Position numbers and translations under genes: made by a program
Notes under the pieces: generated by a model
Seen by the model: the letters and a program-made list of their open reading frames with translations, nothing else
What the model was told of the DNA's origin: nothing
The model's database searches: none
Assembly: GCA_964016885.1 (NCBI GenBank)
Contig: OZ024740.1
Span: 18,104,001-18,168,000, forward strand
Origin: Eledone cirrhosa
Lineage: Eukaryota
Reading direction: 5' to 3'
Length of the DNA stretch: 64,000 nt
Shown: in pieces, positions 11,950 through 24,137 of the stretch
Numbering within the stretch: the stretch's first letter is position 1
Layout: each line of letters starts with the position of its first letter

Positions 11950-14250
11950 ACTGCTCTCCCTCTCACTACCACTCTCCCCCTTTACCACTTTCCTTTCTCT
12001 ACCCCCCCTCCACCCTCCACCCTCTCTCTACCACTACCCCTCTCGCCCCTTTACCACTCTCGCCCCTTTACCACTCTCCTCCTTTACCACTCTCCCCCTC
12101 TATACCACTCTCCCCCTCTATATCCCCCTCGCTACCACCACCCTTCTCCACCACATTTCACCCTCTACCACCCCCATCTCTACCACTCTCCCCTCTACCA
12201 CCAACCCACTCTAGCACACTTCCACCTCTAGCACACCCCATCTCTACCACTCTCCCCTCTCTACCACCACACCTCTCTACCACACCCCATCTCTACCACT
12301 CTCCCCTCTCTACCACACTTCACCCTCTACCACCCCCCATCTCTACCACCACCCCTCTCCACCACACTTCCCCCTCTACCACACCCCATCTCTACCACCA
12401 CCCTCTCTACCACACTTCACCCTCTACCACCCCCCATCTCTACCACTCTCCCCTCTCTACCACACTCCCCATCTCTACCACCACACCTCTCTACCACCAC
12501 CCCTCTCTACCACACTTCACCCTCTACCACCCCCATATCTACCACTCTCCCCTCTCTACCACACCCCATCTCTACCACTCTCCCCTCTCTACCACACTTC
12601 ACCCTCTACCACCCCCCATTTCTACCACTCTCCCCTCTCTACCACACTCCCCATCTCTACCACTCTCCCCTCTCTACCACACCCCATCTCTACCACTCTC
12701 CCCTCTCTACCACACTTCACCCTCTACCACCCCCCATCTCTACCACTCTCCCCTCTCTACCACACTCCCCCTCTCTACCACCACCCCTCTCAATCACCCC
12801 AATCTCTACCACTCTCCCCATCTCTACCACCACCCCTCTCTACCCCCCCCCCCCCCATCTCTACCACACTCCCCATCTCTACCACTCTCTCCTCTCTACC
12901 ACACTTCACCCTCTACCACCCCCCATCTCTACCACTCTCCCCTCTCTACCACACTCCCCCTCTCTACCACCACCCCTCTCAATCACCCCAATCTCTACCA
13001 CTCTCCCCATCTCTACCACCACCCCTCTCTACCCCCCCCCCCCATCTCTACCACACTCCCCATCTCTACCACCACCCCTCTCAATCACCCCAATCTCTAC
13101 CACTCTCCCCATCTCTACCACCACCCCTCTCTACCACTCTCCCCTCTCTACCACCACCCCTCTCTACCACCACCCCTCTCTACCACACTCCCCATCTCTA
13201 CCACTCTCCCCTCTCTACCACCACCCCTCTCTACCACACTTCCCTCTCTACCACCACCCCTCTCTACCACCACCCCTCTCTACCACCACCCATCTCTACC
13301 ACACTCCCCATCTCTACCACCACCCATCTCTACCACCACCCTCTCTACCACACTTCCCCCTCTACCACCCCCACCCTACCACTTTCCCCTCTCTACCACA
13401 TTCCCCATCTCTACCACCACACCTCTCTACCACCACCCTCTCTACCACACTTCCCCCTCTACCACCCCCCATCTCTACCACTCTCCCCTCTCTACCACAC
13501 TCCCCATCTCTACCACCACACCTCTCTACCACCACCCCTCTCTACCACACTTCACCCTCTACCACCCCCCATCTCTACCACACTCCCCATCTCTACCACC
13601 ACACCTCTCTACCACCACCCCTCTCTACCACACTTCACCCTCTACCACCCCCCATCTCTACCACACTCCCCATCTCTACCACCACACCTCTCTACCCCCT
13701 CTCTACCACACTTCCCCCCTCTATACCACTCTCTACCACCCCCATCTCTACTACTCTTCCCATCTCTACCACACTTCCCCCTCTACTACTCCCCATCTCT
13801 ACCACTCTCCCCTCTCTACCACTCCCCAGTCTACTCCACTCACTTCACCTTTCCTCTCCCTACCACTCACACCTCCCCCTCTCCTCTCCCTACCACTCTC
13901 ACCTCCCCTCTCCTCTCCCTACCACTCTCACCTCCCCTCTCCTCTCCCTACCACTCTCCCACTCTCACCTCACCTCTCCTCTCCCTACCACTCTCACCTC
14001 CCCTTTCCTCTCCCTACCACCCTCCCATTCTCCCCTCTCCTCTCCATACCACTTTCCCACTCTCCCCTCCCCACCACTCTCCCACTCTCCCCCCTCTCCT
14101 CTCCCTACCACTCTCCCACTCTTCCCTCCCCTCTCCTCTCCCTACCACTCTCCCACTCTCACCTCCCCTCTCCTCTCCCTACCACTCTCCCACTACCATA
14201 TCCCCTCTCCTCTCCCTACCACTCTCCCACTCTCACCCCCCCTATCACTC
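11950..14250. repeat. C/T-rich degenerate minisatellite (CTCTACCAC-based units)
   Basis: ~2.3 kb of variant tctctaccac/cccctctc units, almost no G on the + strand. Confidence 0.92.
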
Positions 14251-14255
14251 TATAA

Positions 14256-15002
14256 TTTAAATTATCTATTATCTTCCAACGGCTTTTTAATTTCTCTCTG
14301 TGAGACAATATATATTTTTTCTCAGTTGTAAAGGCCATCTCTCTCTCTCACCCATCTCTCCTCCTCTCTCATCCTTCCTTCTTATACTCCTCCCCACCAT
14401 ACTTTACTCTCATCTCTTCCTCTTCCTTACCTTTTCCACCCCCTCTATATTATTCCTTCATTGATCTCTATTATCTTTACATTGGTAATTAACTCAACTA
14501 TACGATTGTTTATTATATTACATTACCTATATGTATGTGACTGTGTGTGTATATAATAGGTGTACAATACATACATGTGTGTATATAATAGGTGTACAAT
14601 ACATACATGTGTGTATATAATAGGTGTACAATACATACATACATTTCACAAACAAATATCATCATGGGATGATATCTGCGTTCTCATAAAATAGGGAGAC
14701 ATCATATGAAGCTTAAAAAACACTTGTGAATAGTGAAGTTTTAAATCAACATATGAAAAATTAATTAAGATTGATGTATGAGATTGGGAAAAAGTGAGGA
14801 AGGGGGGTGGGGGTGGAAAAGGTAAGGAAGAGGAAGAGATGAGAGTAAAGAATGGTGGGGGAGGAGTATAAGAAGGAAGGATGAGAGAGGAGGAGAGATG
14901 GGTGAGAGAGAGAGAGAGATGGCCTTTACAACTGAGAAAAAAAAATATATTGTCTCACAGAGAGAAATTAAAAAGCCGTTGGAAGATAATAGATAATTTA
15001 AA
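14256..15002. repeat. Inverted repeat, ~190-bp arms (14256-14442 / ~14810-15002)
   Basis: tttaaattatctattatcttccaacggc... is the reverse complement of ...gccgttggaagataatagataatttaaa. Confidence 0.9.
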
Positions 15003-15495
15003 AGAATTTGAAATTAAAAGTTAATGAAGAGAAAAAGGAATTAAGAATAATATTAAATTAAGGTTTGTATATTGAAGAGTTTAATAATATGTGCGAGGAA
15101 AAGAAATTATTAATATGTATTATTAAAATAAAAATATTAATGTTATTAAGGATATAATGTGAAAAGAAGGAGAAGAATGAATGAGTTATGAATTTAGAGG
15201 AATTAGTTAGGGTTTAAGTTTGTTTTCATGTAATGTGTACGTAATATGTGTACGTAAATAGCTTGTTTAAAAATGAGCGCAGAAGGCAAAGAAGAAAAGA
15301 ATGTTTAAGGAAGAAAATATCTAGCATCCAAAAATATATGTTTACGAAATATTTTCTAATAGTAATAATGTAATATATTAAAAGAAATTAGTAGGGTTTA
15401 GGTTTGTTTTTAAGTATTGTAATATGTAAAAGTCAAACGAGCATGAAAGGATGGAGGAAATAAGAGAAATTTAAGGAAGGAAAAATCTAAACTTC
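14530..15495 (-). mobile_element. Probable PLE 3' UTR/pLTR remnant with decayed HHR
   Basis: 14640-14735 resembles the HHR region at 53570-53665; three ~32-bp tandem units at 14545-14645. Confidence 0.5.
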
Positions 15496-15671
15496 TTGGT
15501 AGAGTGCTACTTATCCGATATTTGCATTGTTTTATTGTGCTACAATAAAACTCACCTCCTACATATATATATACATATATATATATATGACTGCCAATTC
15601 AACTTTTCAAATACAAGTCGATGTTGTACGGTATGTCAAATCTATTTATCTATAAAACTGTTTATATTGTA

Positions 15672-15733
15672 TTTTGTCTGAGGAAGGCATAGCATATTGT
15701 TAATATGATATCCCTGAAATATATATAATGAAA
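15672..15733 (+). ncRNA. Type I hammerhead ribozyme motif (minimal, family A)
   Basis: ttttgt CTGAGGA stemII GAAA TATATA TA atgaaa; flanks shared with the 38724 and 51961 copies. Confidence 0.65.
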
Positions 15734-15776
15734 TAAATATGGTTTTATAAATATAGTTTCCATTTATTTATTTAAT

Positions 15777-15840
<64 letters not shown>

Positions 15841-15841
<1 letters not shown>

Positions 15842-16020
15842 CGAAGGAAAAGTGGTAAGGAACCAGGTGGACCATAACGCACCAAAGTACTTAATACTTA
15901 GGGTAGTAGAGTGGGTAATAGGAGTAAGTAAGACCCCGACGGCTGAGCTCAAGCCGTTTCGACACAGAATTAGCCGTCGAAACGGGTTGAGCTCAGCCGT
16001 CGGGGTCTTACTTACTCCTA
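15841..16020 (-). mobile_element. Fold-back half-HHR element in (TA)n, copy 1
   Basis: ~80-bp unique tail plus palindrome 15919-16020 containing GAAA-CGGCT..AGCCG-TC-GGGGTC. Confidence 0.8.
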
Positions 16021-16054
16021 TATATATATATATATATGTATATATATGTATATA

Positions 16055-16092
<38 letters not shown>

Positions 16093-16094
16093 TA

Positions 16095-18590
16095 TCTCGA
16101 CTCCTTTCTCTCCTTCTTCTGCTCCTTCCACCCCTCCCTCCACTTCACCACCTCTATCTCCACCACCCACGTCCACTTCTTAGACATCTCCGTCGCCTTC
16201 GACCCCTCCCACCACTCCCTCGTCACCTCCGCCTTCTTCAAACCCACCGACTCCCACTCTTACCTCGACTTCACCTCTTCCCACCCCACCCACACTAAAC
16301 ACTCCATTCCCTACTCCCAACTTCTCAGGATCCGCCGCCTCTGTAGCCGTGATGCTGACTTCGAGTCCCAGGCCCTTTCCCTAGTCAGCCATTTCATCCG
16401 CAGAGGTTACCCCCCCCCCCCCCCCCCCTCTCGTCTACACCGCTCTCACCCGCGCCCGTGCTATCCCCCGCTCCACCAACCTCACCCCACGCCACCGCAC
16501 ACCCACCCACCGTCTCCCCTTCCCCATCACCTACCACCCCTCCACCTTACCCCTCCACCGCACCATCCGCCGCCTCCAGTCCGACCCCTCCACCTCCCAC
16601 ATCTTCCCAACCCCACCACTCCCCTCCTTCAAACGCGCACGCAATCTCCGCACCCTCCTCGTCCACAGCTCCCTACCTCCCAACCCACGCTCTGTCCCCC
16701 CCCCCGGTTCCTTTCACTGTTCTAGGCCCCGCTGCAACACCTGTCCCCACATCACCAACACCACCACCTTCCAGGGTCCCAACGGCCACTCTCTCTCGGT
16801 CCGGCATGCCTTCCGATACACCTCCTCCAACATAGTCTACGGACTTCGCTGCACGGAGTGCAGCGCGACTTATGTCGGACAGACGAGACGTCGCCTGGCG
16901 GACCGAGTCACGGAGCACCTCCGGGATATTCGTCTCGGGGGCAGTTCCCCCATCGCCCGCCACTTTGGTGGCCCTGGACATTCCGCACGCCATCTCACAG
17001 TCTGTGGCCTACTCCAGTGCCACGGAACACCCGCCCATCACCTTACGGTCGAACAACGAACTATCTTCATCTTACAGACCCACACTCCCCCCGGCCTGAA
17101 CTCCCCACCCTTATTCCTTTAGCGTTCGACCGCCCCCTCCTCCCACACTTATCCCCCACTAACACCACTAACACACCCCTCCTTTTCACCGCCCACCCCA
17201 CACTAACAATACTAACACCTCCACTCCACCCCTCATCTGACCACCCTTCCCCAACTAACATACTAACATCCCTTCCCTCCCCTCTTCTCCTCCTCCCCCT
17301 CCTTATCACACGCACACACGCACCCACTTACACCACCCACCCCACACGCAACTAACATCACTAACACCCCCAACCCCACGCACACGTACCCACACACCCT
17401 CGTACACCACCAACTCTACACACCCTACCACCACTAACCCCCACTCACACCTGCATTCAACCCCTCCCCACCTCCCATATACTAACACCCACTAACACCT
17501 CTTCACCAAACTACACACACACCAGTACACCACACTCCCTCCATAGAACCACACACACCCTTCTCTCCCCGCTCCACACTCACTCATCCCACTAACACCC
17601 CTACTAATACACACACACACACACACACCCTCCTCACTCCAACTTTCACACCTACCCATCCTCGCCCCCTTACCATTCCACCGACTGCTGCTATGCCCTT
17701 CTGATCACCTCCCAGCACCAACAGACCACAGCACTCCCACTGCTGACCACTTCCTGTTGCGCGCGCACCCCACATCTCTCCTCTTCCGACCACCGCTTCA
17801 TGGATTACCCACACGCAGAATTTGACTTAACCAATCCTCCCAACATCCTTGGAACTTACCAACTTTTCAACCATCCTCTTACGTCATCACCTATATAACT
17901 CACCCACACACACACCCCAAAAAATTTTTTTCTCCACACGCCACCCACACCCACACCCACACTTAAACCCCACACACGCGTGCTTCCCACCACATATTTA
18001 CACCCTCAGCCTCCTGATTCCACTCCCCCCACCCCTCTATCCACACACGCACAGACACTCCGACCCACAAAAACACCCCCCACACACACCTCTTCCTGAA
18101 TATGCAACCCCGTTCTTCCCCCAACCCTTACTTTCACATACACACACACACACACACACGCACACCTACACACACCACCTGCAGCCCTCCCCGCTCGGAC
18201 ACCCCGTCTCTCTCTCCCCACTCCACCTGCCACCACCCCTACTCACCCCACACCCTTCCACCACCTGTTTACCCCCCCTTTTAATTTCAGTTTATTTTGA
18301 TCATGCCTTTATTTTTAAATTTTCTCATTCCTTGTATTTTGATCATGCTTTATTTTTATTTTTTATCTTTATTTGTTAATTTTTCATTCGCACCGTTTCC
18401 TTTCGCTATATGTCTCTCCACCACCCCCTACACACCTTTTGAACTCTATTCCCACACACTTCTCACCTGAGGAAGGGCTTATGCCCGAAACGTCGTCCCC
18501 CACCTACCCCCCCACTCTCCTGAGCGTGAAATTAATAAACATTTATTGTACTGCCTCTCTGTTTTGTCCCTGTTCATATTTTTCCATTAT
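16095..18590 (+). mobile_element. 5'-truncated Penelope-like element (RT thumb, GIY-YIG, long C-rich 3' UTR)
   Basis: FLDISV..FKPTDSHSYLDFTSSHP..SIPYSQLLRIRRLCS..RGYP; NIVYGLRCTECSATYVGQTRRRLADRVTEH (~16830-16920); HHR core near the end. Confidence 0.88.
18462..18500 (+). ncRNA. Hammerhead ribozyme core in PLE terminus
   Basis: CTGAGGA AGGGC TTAT GCCC GAAA CGTCG TC; stem I not evident. Confidence 0.6.
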
Positions 18591-18710
18591 ATATATATGT
18601 ATATATATATATATATATATATAATAGGCATACAATACATACATGTATGTATTTACATTTAAATATACTGAAACATGGTTGACCTAGAATTAAGCAATCT
18701 ATCTATCTAT

Positions 18711-19683
18711 CTAAGGCGGGTAAAATTCCCGAGATCCATGGACGAGTTCTCTCCAGCGGTCTCTGTCCCTCATTATCGTTGCCATGTCCTGCGTCTCCAA
18801 CAGACCAGTGTCTGTCCTTAGGGCATCAACATATGTTAACCTTGGTCTTCCTCTTCCAGTGTGTCCATGTAGGGGCTCCCAAAGGAGCACTGAGTGCAAT
18901 GTCAACTCTGGATGTCGGTGAGCATGTCCAGCCAACCTCAGTCGCCTCTGTGTCACTTTTGAGCTGACTTTTGGGAGGCTCCCATACAGCTCTGAGTTTT
19001 TCATCCTCAGTGTATACTGATTAATGTTCAGAGCCATCCTCAGCATTCTCGTGTAGCACCCATCCACCATCTGAGTGAGTCTCTTGGTCAGTGTCCAAGT
19101 CTCAGACCCATACAGCAGCACAGACTCCACTACAGCAATGAAGAGGCGGATTTTCAGGTCTCTACGAAGGTCCGACTTCCACACCAATCTCAAGCTGTGG
19201 CACGCCGCCCAGGCCTTGCTCTTCCTCTCAACCACATCATCTTCCGTATTCCCAATCTTTGCTCCCAAATACAGGAAGTCCTCAACCAATTCCAGCGGCT
19301 TCCCGCCTACATTAGTGATCCCCTCTGGCTTCTCAACATTCTCTACCAGATATTTTGTTTTAGTCTCATTCATTCTCAGCCCCACACTCATCGACACAGT
19401 CTCAACCTCCCACATCAAATCCTCTGCCTCCTTCACTGTATTTGTCACCAAAACTATGTCGTCGGCAAATTCAGCATCCGATACCTTTTTCGCCCCAACT
19501 CTCCTGCTCTGAGCCGGTGCTACAGTAAAGCCAGAGTCCTGGTGTTTCTCCAGTGCAAGGCGCATACAATAGTCCACTACGATGATAAAAAGGTAGGGAG
19601 CCAATGTATCTCCCTGGAGCACTCCAGCCAGTATCTCAAAGAACTGTCATCCCATCAGGTGTAATGACTTGGGCTTTGGTGTG
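18711..19683 (-). pseudogene. RT C-terminal half of the RTE-like ORF
   Basis: TKAQVITPDG..GVLQGDTLAPYLF, EFADD, FLYLG, VLLYGSETW, RGRPRLTY. Confidence 0.9.
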
Positions 19684-19857
19684 ACATTGGGTATGACATT
19701 AAACTACATCCAGTGGCAAGGCTCCAGTTCGGGAGTTCAGGAGATGTGGGGAATATGGAGTTACCCCTTAGTTGTCATGACTCCCAGGTCTGCCCTGGCC
19801 CGGGGTGGTAGTACCTGTTAGGGCTCCATTTATGGGTTAAATAACTACCTTATTCGA

Positions 19858-22017
19858 GTGGCGCCGGTAAGGTATTGTCAGCCATTGAAAAGAAATATGG
19901 AGAGTCGATCTAACAGCACTAGGGTTAGAGCCCCTAATTACACTGTCAAGGAGCAGCCTGGTCGTTATGACTCTGCTGGCTTAGAGCCACAGAGAGGGCC
20001 AGTGGATGATGGATCAGCTGTCTCTGAGACAAATATAAAGAATGCAGTTTTGTCCTGCAGAAGAGCCATCAAAATGGGCACTTTGAATGTGAGGACTATT
20101 CGAACGCTGGAGAAGAGAGAGGAGTTGGGACATCTGTTCGAGGAGAGTGGTATACAGATACTTGCAATCCAAGAACACAGGATTCTACACGATGAGCCCG
20201 TGAGGAGTGTGATGATCGGGAGGAAGAGCCAGCTCATCACTACATCGGCAGTGAAGAACACAACAAATGCTGCAGTAGGAGGAGTGGGTTTTGTGTTCAG
20301 TGCAAAAACCAATCTGTTGGTGAGGGAAATAATGCCTATCTCCCCGCGAGTGTTGAGGGTGACCTTCAATGGAAACCCAAGACTGACAGTCATCTCAGCC
20401 TATAGTCCAACCGAGGGGGACAGTGATGTGAATGCCGAGGAGTTCCATGAGGAGGTGTGTAGAGCTGTCAACACCACTCAGGCACACAATATCCTGCTTG
20501 TTTTGGGGGACTTCAATGCACATCTGAGTAAGGAGGGCAGTGAAGATCCTTGCTGGTACTTCCATAACAACACCAACCGAAATGGAAGACTACTGAGAGA
20601 CACCCTGCTGGAGGCAAACTTGATGGCGACCAACCTAAGGTTTAGGAAGAATCTGGGGAAGATGTGGACCTACATCTCAGATATGCACCTGTCCAAGTCC
20701 CAGATTGATTTCATTCTGGTGAGGAAAAAGTGGCGGAATAGTGTTCTGAACACGGAACCATACAGCTATTTCAGTACACTGGGTAGTGACCACCGGCTTG
20801 TTATGAGTGAGGTCCGCGTGAGCTTAAGAAAGAGCAAGGCTCAGCCCCGGAGAACAATCTATGACTGGGGAGCTTTCAAGGAAGATGATAAGCTACAGGA
20901 GAGGTTCACAGTGGAAGTGAGAAACAGGTTTAGTGCTCTGTGTGGAGAGTCAGAGGAGAGAGAGATTGGATGGACTGAGGAGAGTGTGACGAGGAGGTAC
21001 GGGCACTTCACCAATGCAGTGGCGAAAGCAAGTGAAACCCTGGTGCCGAGGAAAAAGAACAAAGGGAAGCACGTCAGCTCTGCAGACCCAAATGTGTGTG
21101 CAGCCAGAGAACACCTGAAAGCTGCCAGGGACCAATTCTATGCTGATCCTACGGAGGAGAGGATGGAGACTGTGGAGGTGATGAGGGAAGAGCTCTGTAC
21201 CGCTTACACTGAGGTCAGAGAGGAGGTACTGATAGAGAAGATCAGAAGTGTGGAGAGAGCGGTTGACAGATCTGGATGTAAGGAGAGCTGGATGATCATC
21301 AACGAGATCACAGGGAGGAAGAAAAGGTGTTCGAGTCAGATCCAGGGAACGGGGCCCGAGGATAGGAAGAGGAAATGGCTAAACCATTTTAGGACCCTAC
21401 TAGGAGAGCCACCCTCCACAGCCCAGAGCACTGGGGAGATCAGGCGGCTGTTTGAGGAACTGGATGTTGAGACAGAGCCCTTCACCAGAGAGGAGCTTCA
21501 GAGAGCCAAGAAGAAGATCAAGGAGGGCAAGGCTCATGGAGAAGATGGAGTGGCATCAGAGGTGATGAAGAGGTGTGATTTTGATGATATCATCCTGGGG
21601 TTCTGTAACGGGGCACTGGAGAAAGGAGTTGCCCCGAATCAGTGGAGGATCAGTAACATCGTCCCAGTGCCAAAGAAGGGAGATCTCTCTAACACCAACA
21701 ACTACCGGGGGATCTCACTGACGTCACTTGTGGCAAAGACCCTCAACAGGATGATTCTTAACAGGATCCAGCCTGAGATGGAGAAGAAGCTCAGGGACAA
21801 CCAGAACGGCTTCAGAGAGGGTAGATCAACCACCAGTCACATCCTGATGCTGAGGAGGATATTAGAGGGAGCTAGGGCAAAGTGCCTTCCTGCGGTCATG
21901 GTTTTCATTGACTTTAGGAAGGCCTTTGATTCTGTGGACCGTTACTGCCTGATGAAGATCTTACAGGCTTATGGAATCCCCAAGAGGATAGTGGACCTGA
22001 TATCACTGCTCTACACC
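19858..22017 (+). pseudogene. APE endonuclease and RT N-terminal half of the same ORF (inverted segment)
   Basis: GTLNVRT, IQEHR, AYSPT, GDFNAH, QIDFIL, SDH, NYRGISL, QNGFR, FIDFRKAFDSV; breaks at LLYT. Confidence 0.92.
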
Positions 22018-22096
22018 ATTAAGCAATAACAACAATAATAGGTGGGCTGTTGCCAGTATGAGTAATATATATATATATATATACATATATATATAC

Positions 22097-22153
<57 letters not shown>

Positions 22154-22158
22154 TATAC

Positions 22159-22249
<91 letters not shown>

Positions 22250-22281
22250 TGCATACATACATACATGTATATATACACATA

Positions 22282-22473
22282 TAGGAAAAAATTCAAGACC
22301 CCGACGGCAGAGCGCAAGCCGTTTTGACGGCTATTTATGGACTCTGGTGTCCAGAAATAGCCGTCAAAACGGCGGGGTCTTGAATTTTTTCCTATTGCCC
22401 ACTCTACTACCCTAAGTATTGAGTACTCTGGTGCGTTATGGTCCATCTGGTTCCTTACCACACTTCCTTCGTT
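22282..22473 (+). mobile_element. Fold-back half-HHR element in (TA)n, copy 2
   Basis: Palindrome 22282-22394 (deletion in the right arm) followed by the same ~80-bp tail, opposite orientation to copy 1. Confidence 0.78.
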
Positions 22474-22588
22474 ATATATATAGAGATAGATAAATAGATA
22501 CATATACATGCGACCATGGAAGAATAGACATTAAACGGTGGTGATGATGATATATATACATATGTATGTATATATATATATATATGTA

Positions 22589-22624
<36 letters not shown>

Positions 22625-22661
22625 TGTATGTATGTATGTATGTATGTATGTATGTATGTAT

Positions 22662-23170
22662 GTTCTTCTCGTTTTATAATTTCACAAAGTTTTACCAATA
22701 GAGAGAGAGTCGGTTTCTAACATAGACACAAGACTCTCTCATTGGAATTTACACAACATCAACTAGGTAGATATGTATGTCTGCATGTGTAGATATGGAT
22801 GTTATTGTATGTGTGGATGTGTATGATTTGAGTTGTATGTGTGCATGTGTATATGCTTTGTATCTGTACATGTGTATATGCAGTTATTCGATGCAAAATT
22901 TTTGGAATGTTTTACATATTTTTACTGTTCCATTAATGGATTGTACTTGTAATTTCCTAACTAGTTGTGTTCTTTCTGTTCCTGTGAAGCCTAGCTTCTC
23001 AAGATTTGTATTGAGGCAGTTACTAACACATCCCAGTGCATATATATGTATGTATGTACGTATGTATGTATGTACAGAGGTATCCACAGTAAGTTGTGGG
23101 GTCTATTCTGCATGAAGAACTCGATGTAATCCATATGTTGAAAATGTTGTAGGTTAAGATAAATCCTGGA
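22662..23170 (-). mobile_element. 3' fragment of an RLE-type (R4/Dong-like) non-LTR element
   Basis: ALGCVSNCLNTNLEKLGF..LVRKLQVQSINGTVKICKTFQKF* resembles RLE ORF C-termini. Confidence 0.5.
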
Positions 23171-23205
23171 AAAGAATTAAACATTAAAAGGAAAACAGAG
23201 TCATG

Positions 23206-23378
23206 ATATAAGTTAAAACAATGAAATAAAAAATCAAGTCATTAGAGATATACTTCGCTGCTTTACGATCGTTTCTAGGTGATGATCATACATTGTAGCT
23301 ATACTCCGTTATTGATCTATGTAAGGTTAGTAATATCTTTAATGACTTGATTTTTTATTTCATTGTTTTAACTTATAT
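23206..23378. mobile_element. Short element with ~45-bp terminal inverted repeats enclosing a half-HHR motif
   Basis: atataagttaaaacaatgaaataaaaaatcaagtcatta / reverse complement; GAAA CGATCG TA on - strand at ~23266-23276. Confidence 0.7.
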
Positions 23379-23801
23379 GTATGTATGTATATATGTATGT
23401 ATGTATACATATAATCTTACATAAATATGTGTGAGTGTGTGTGTGTGTGTTTATAATCTTGAGGTTTCTGTGGAATATAGAAATAAGGAATCCTATATTC
23501 TGGTGGCCCTCTCCAAGATCATGAACAATGTGGTTTCCAAAACCATTTATCAGAACCAGGTCAAAGATACAACTGACTGATTCCTTGCCACTCTACCATG
23601 ACTGAGTGTGACAAAGTGAGATTTATCAATTAGTATCAGTATTATTGTAGGGGGTGAAGCTTATTAATTATTGCAAGGTGAGAAGAGGGTGATGGGGTAG
23701 GGGGTATCATCAGGTGAGATGAGGGTCTGGATGTTATTATTTTTGGTATAATCAGAGGACAGGGTAGAGGTGGGATTAGCAATTATTTTCAGTATTATCT
23801 G

Positions 23802-23802
23802 G

Positions 23803-23849
<47 letters not shown>

Positions 23850-23852
23850 GCT

Positions 23853-23922
<70 letters not shown>

Positions 23923-23936
23923 CTGTTGTTGTTTCT

Positions 23937-23971
<35 letters not shown>

Positions 23972-24022
23972 TGTTGTTGTTGCCGTTGTTGTTGTTGTTG
24001 TTGTTGTTGTTGCTGTTGTTGT
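23802..24022. repeat. (TTG)n microsatellite
   Basis: Direct inspection. Confidence 0.95.
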
Positions 24023-24137
24023 TTAGCCAGAGCCATAACTAGGGAAAATAGCCCATATAGCAAGCAGTGATATTGTACCCCTGCCCAGCAATGTATTTTT
24101 ACCTATGGAGGTCTAATAATTTATATAAATGGTTTAA

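Larger units (their letters stand above)
18699..22017 (-). mobile_element. RTE-like LINE, apparently full length, with inverted 5' portion
   Basis: TSD ATTAAGCAAT at 18689-18698 and 22018-22027; (GATA)n tail on - strand; 3' part on -, 5' part on +. Confidence 0.9.

Noticed and set aside
22003-22327. YIYI-repeat ORFs here and throughout
   Set aside because: (TA)n tracts lack stop codons; not coding.
22725-22750. Degenerate HHR-like motif (CCAATGA..GAAACCG) on - strand in the RLE-element 3' UTR
   Set aside because: Core has two mismatches and stems are unconvincing.
23770-24063. Poly-Q / poly-L ORFs
   Set aside because: Translations of a (TTG)n microsatellite.
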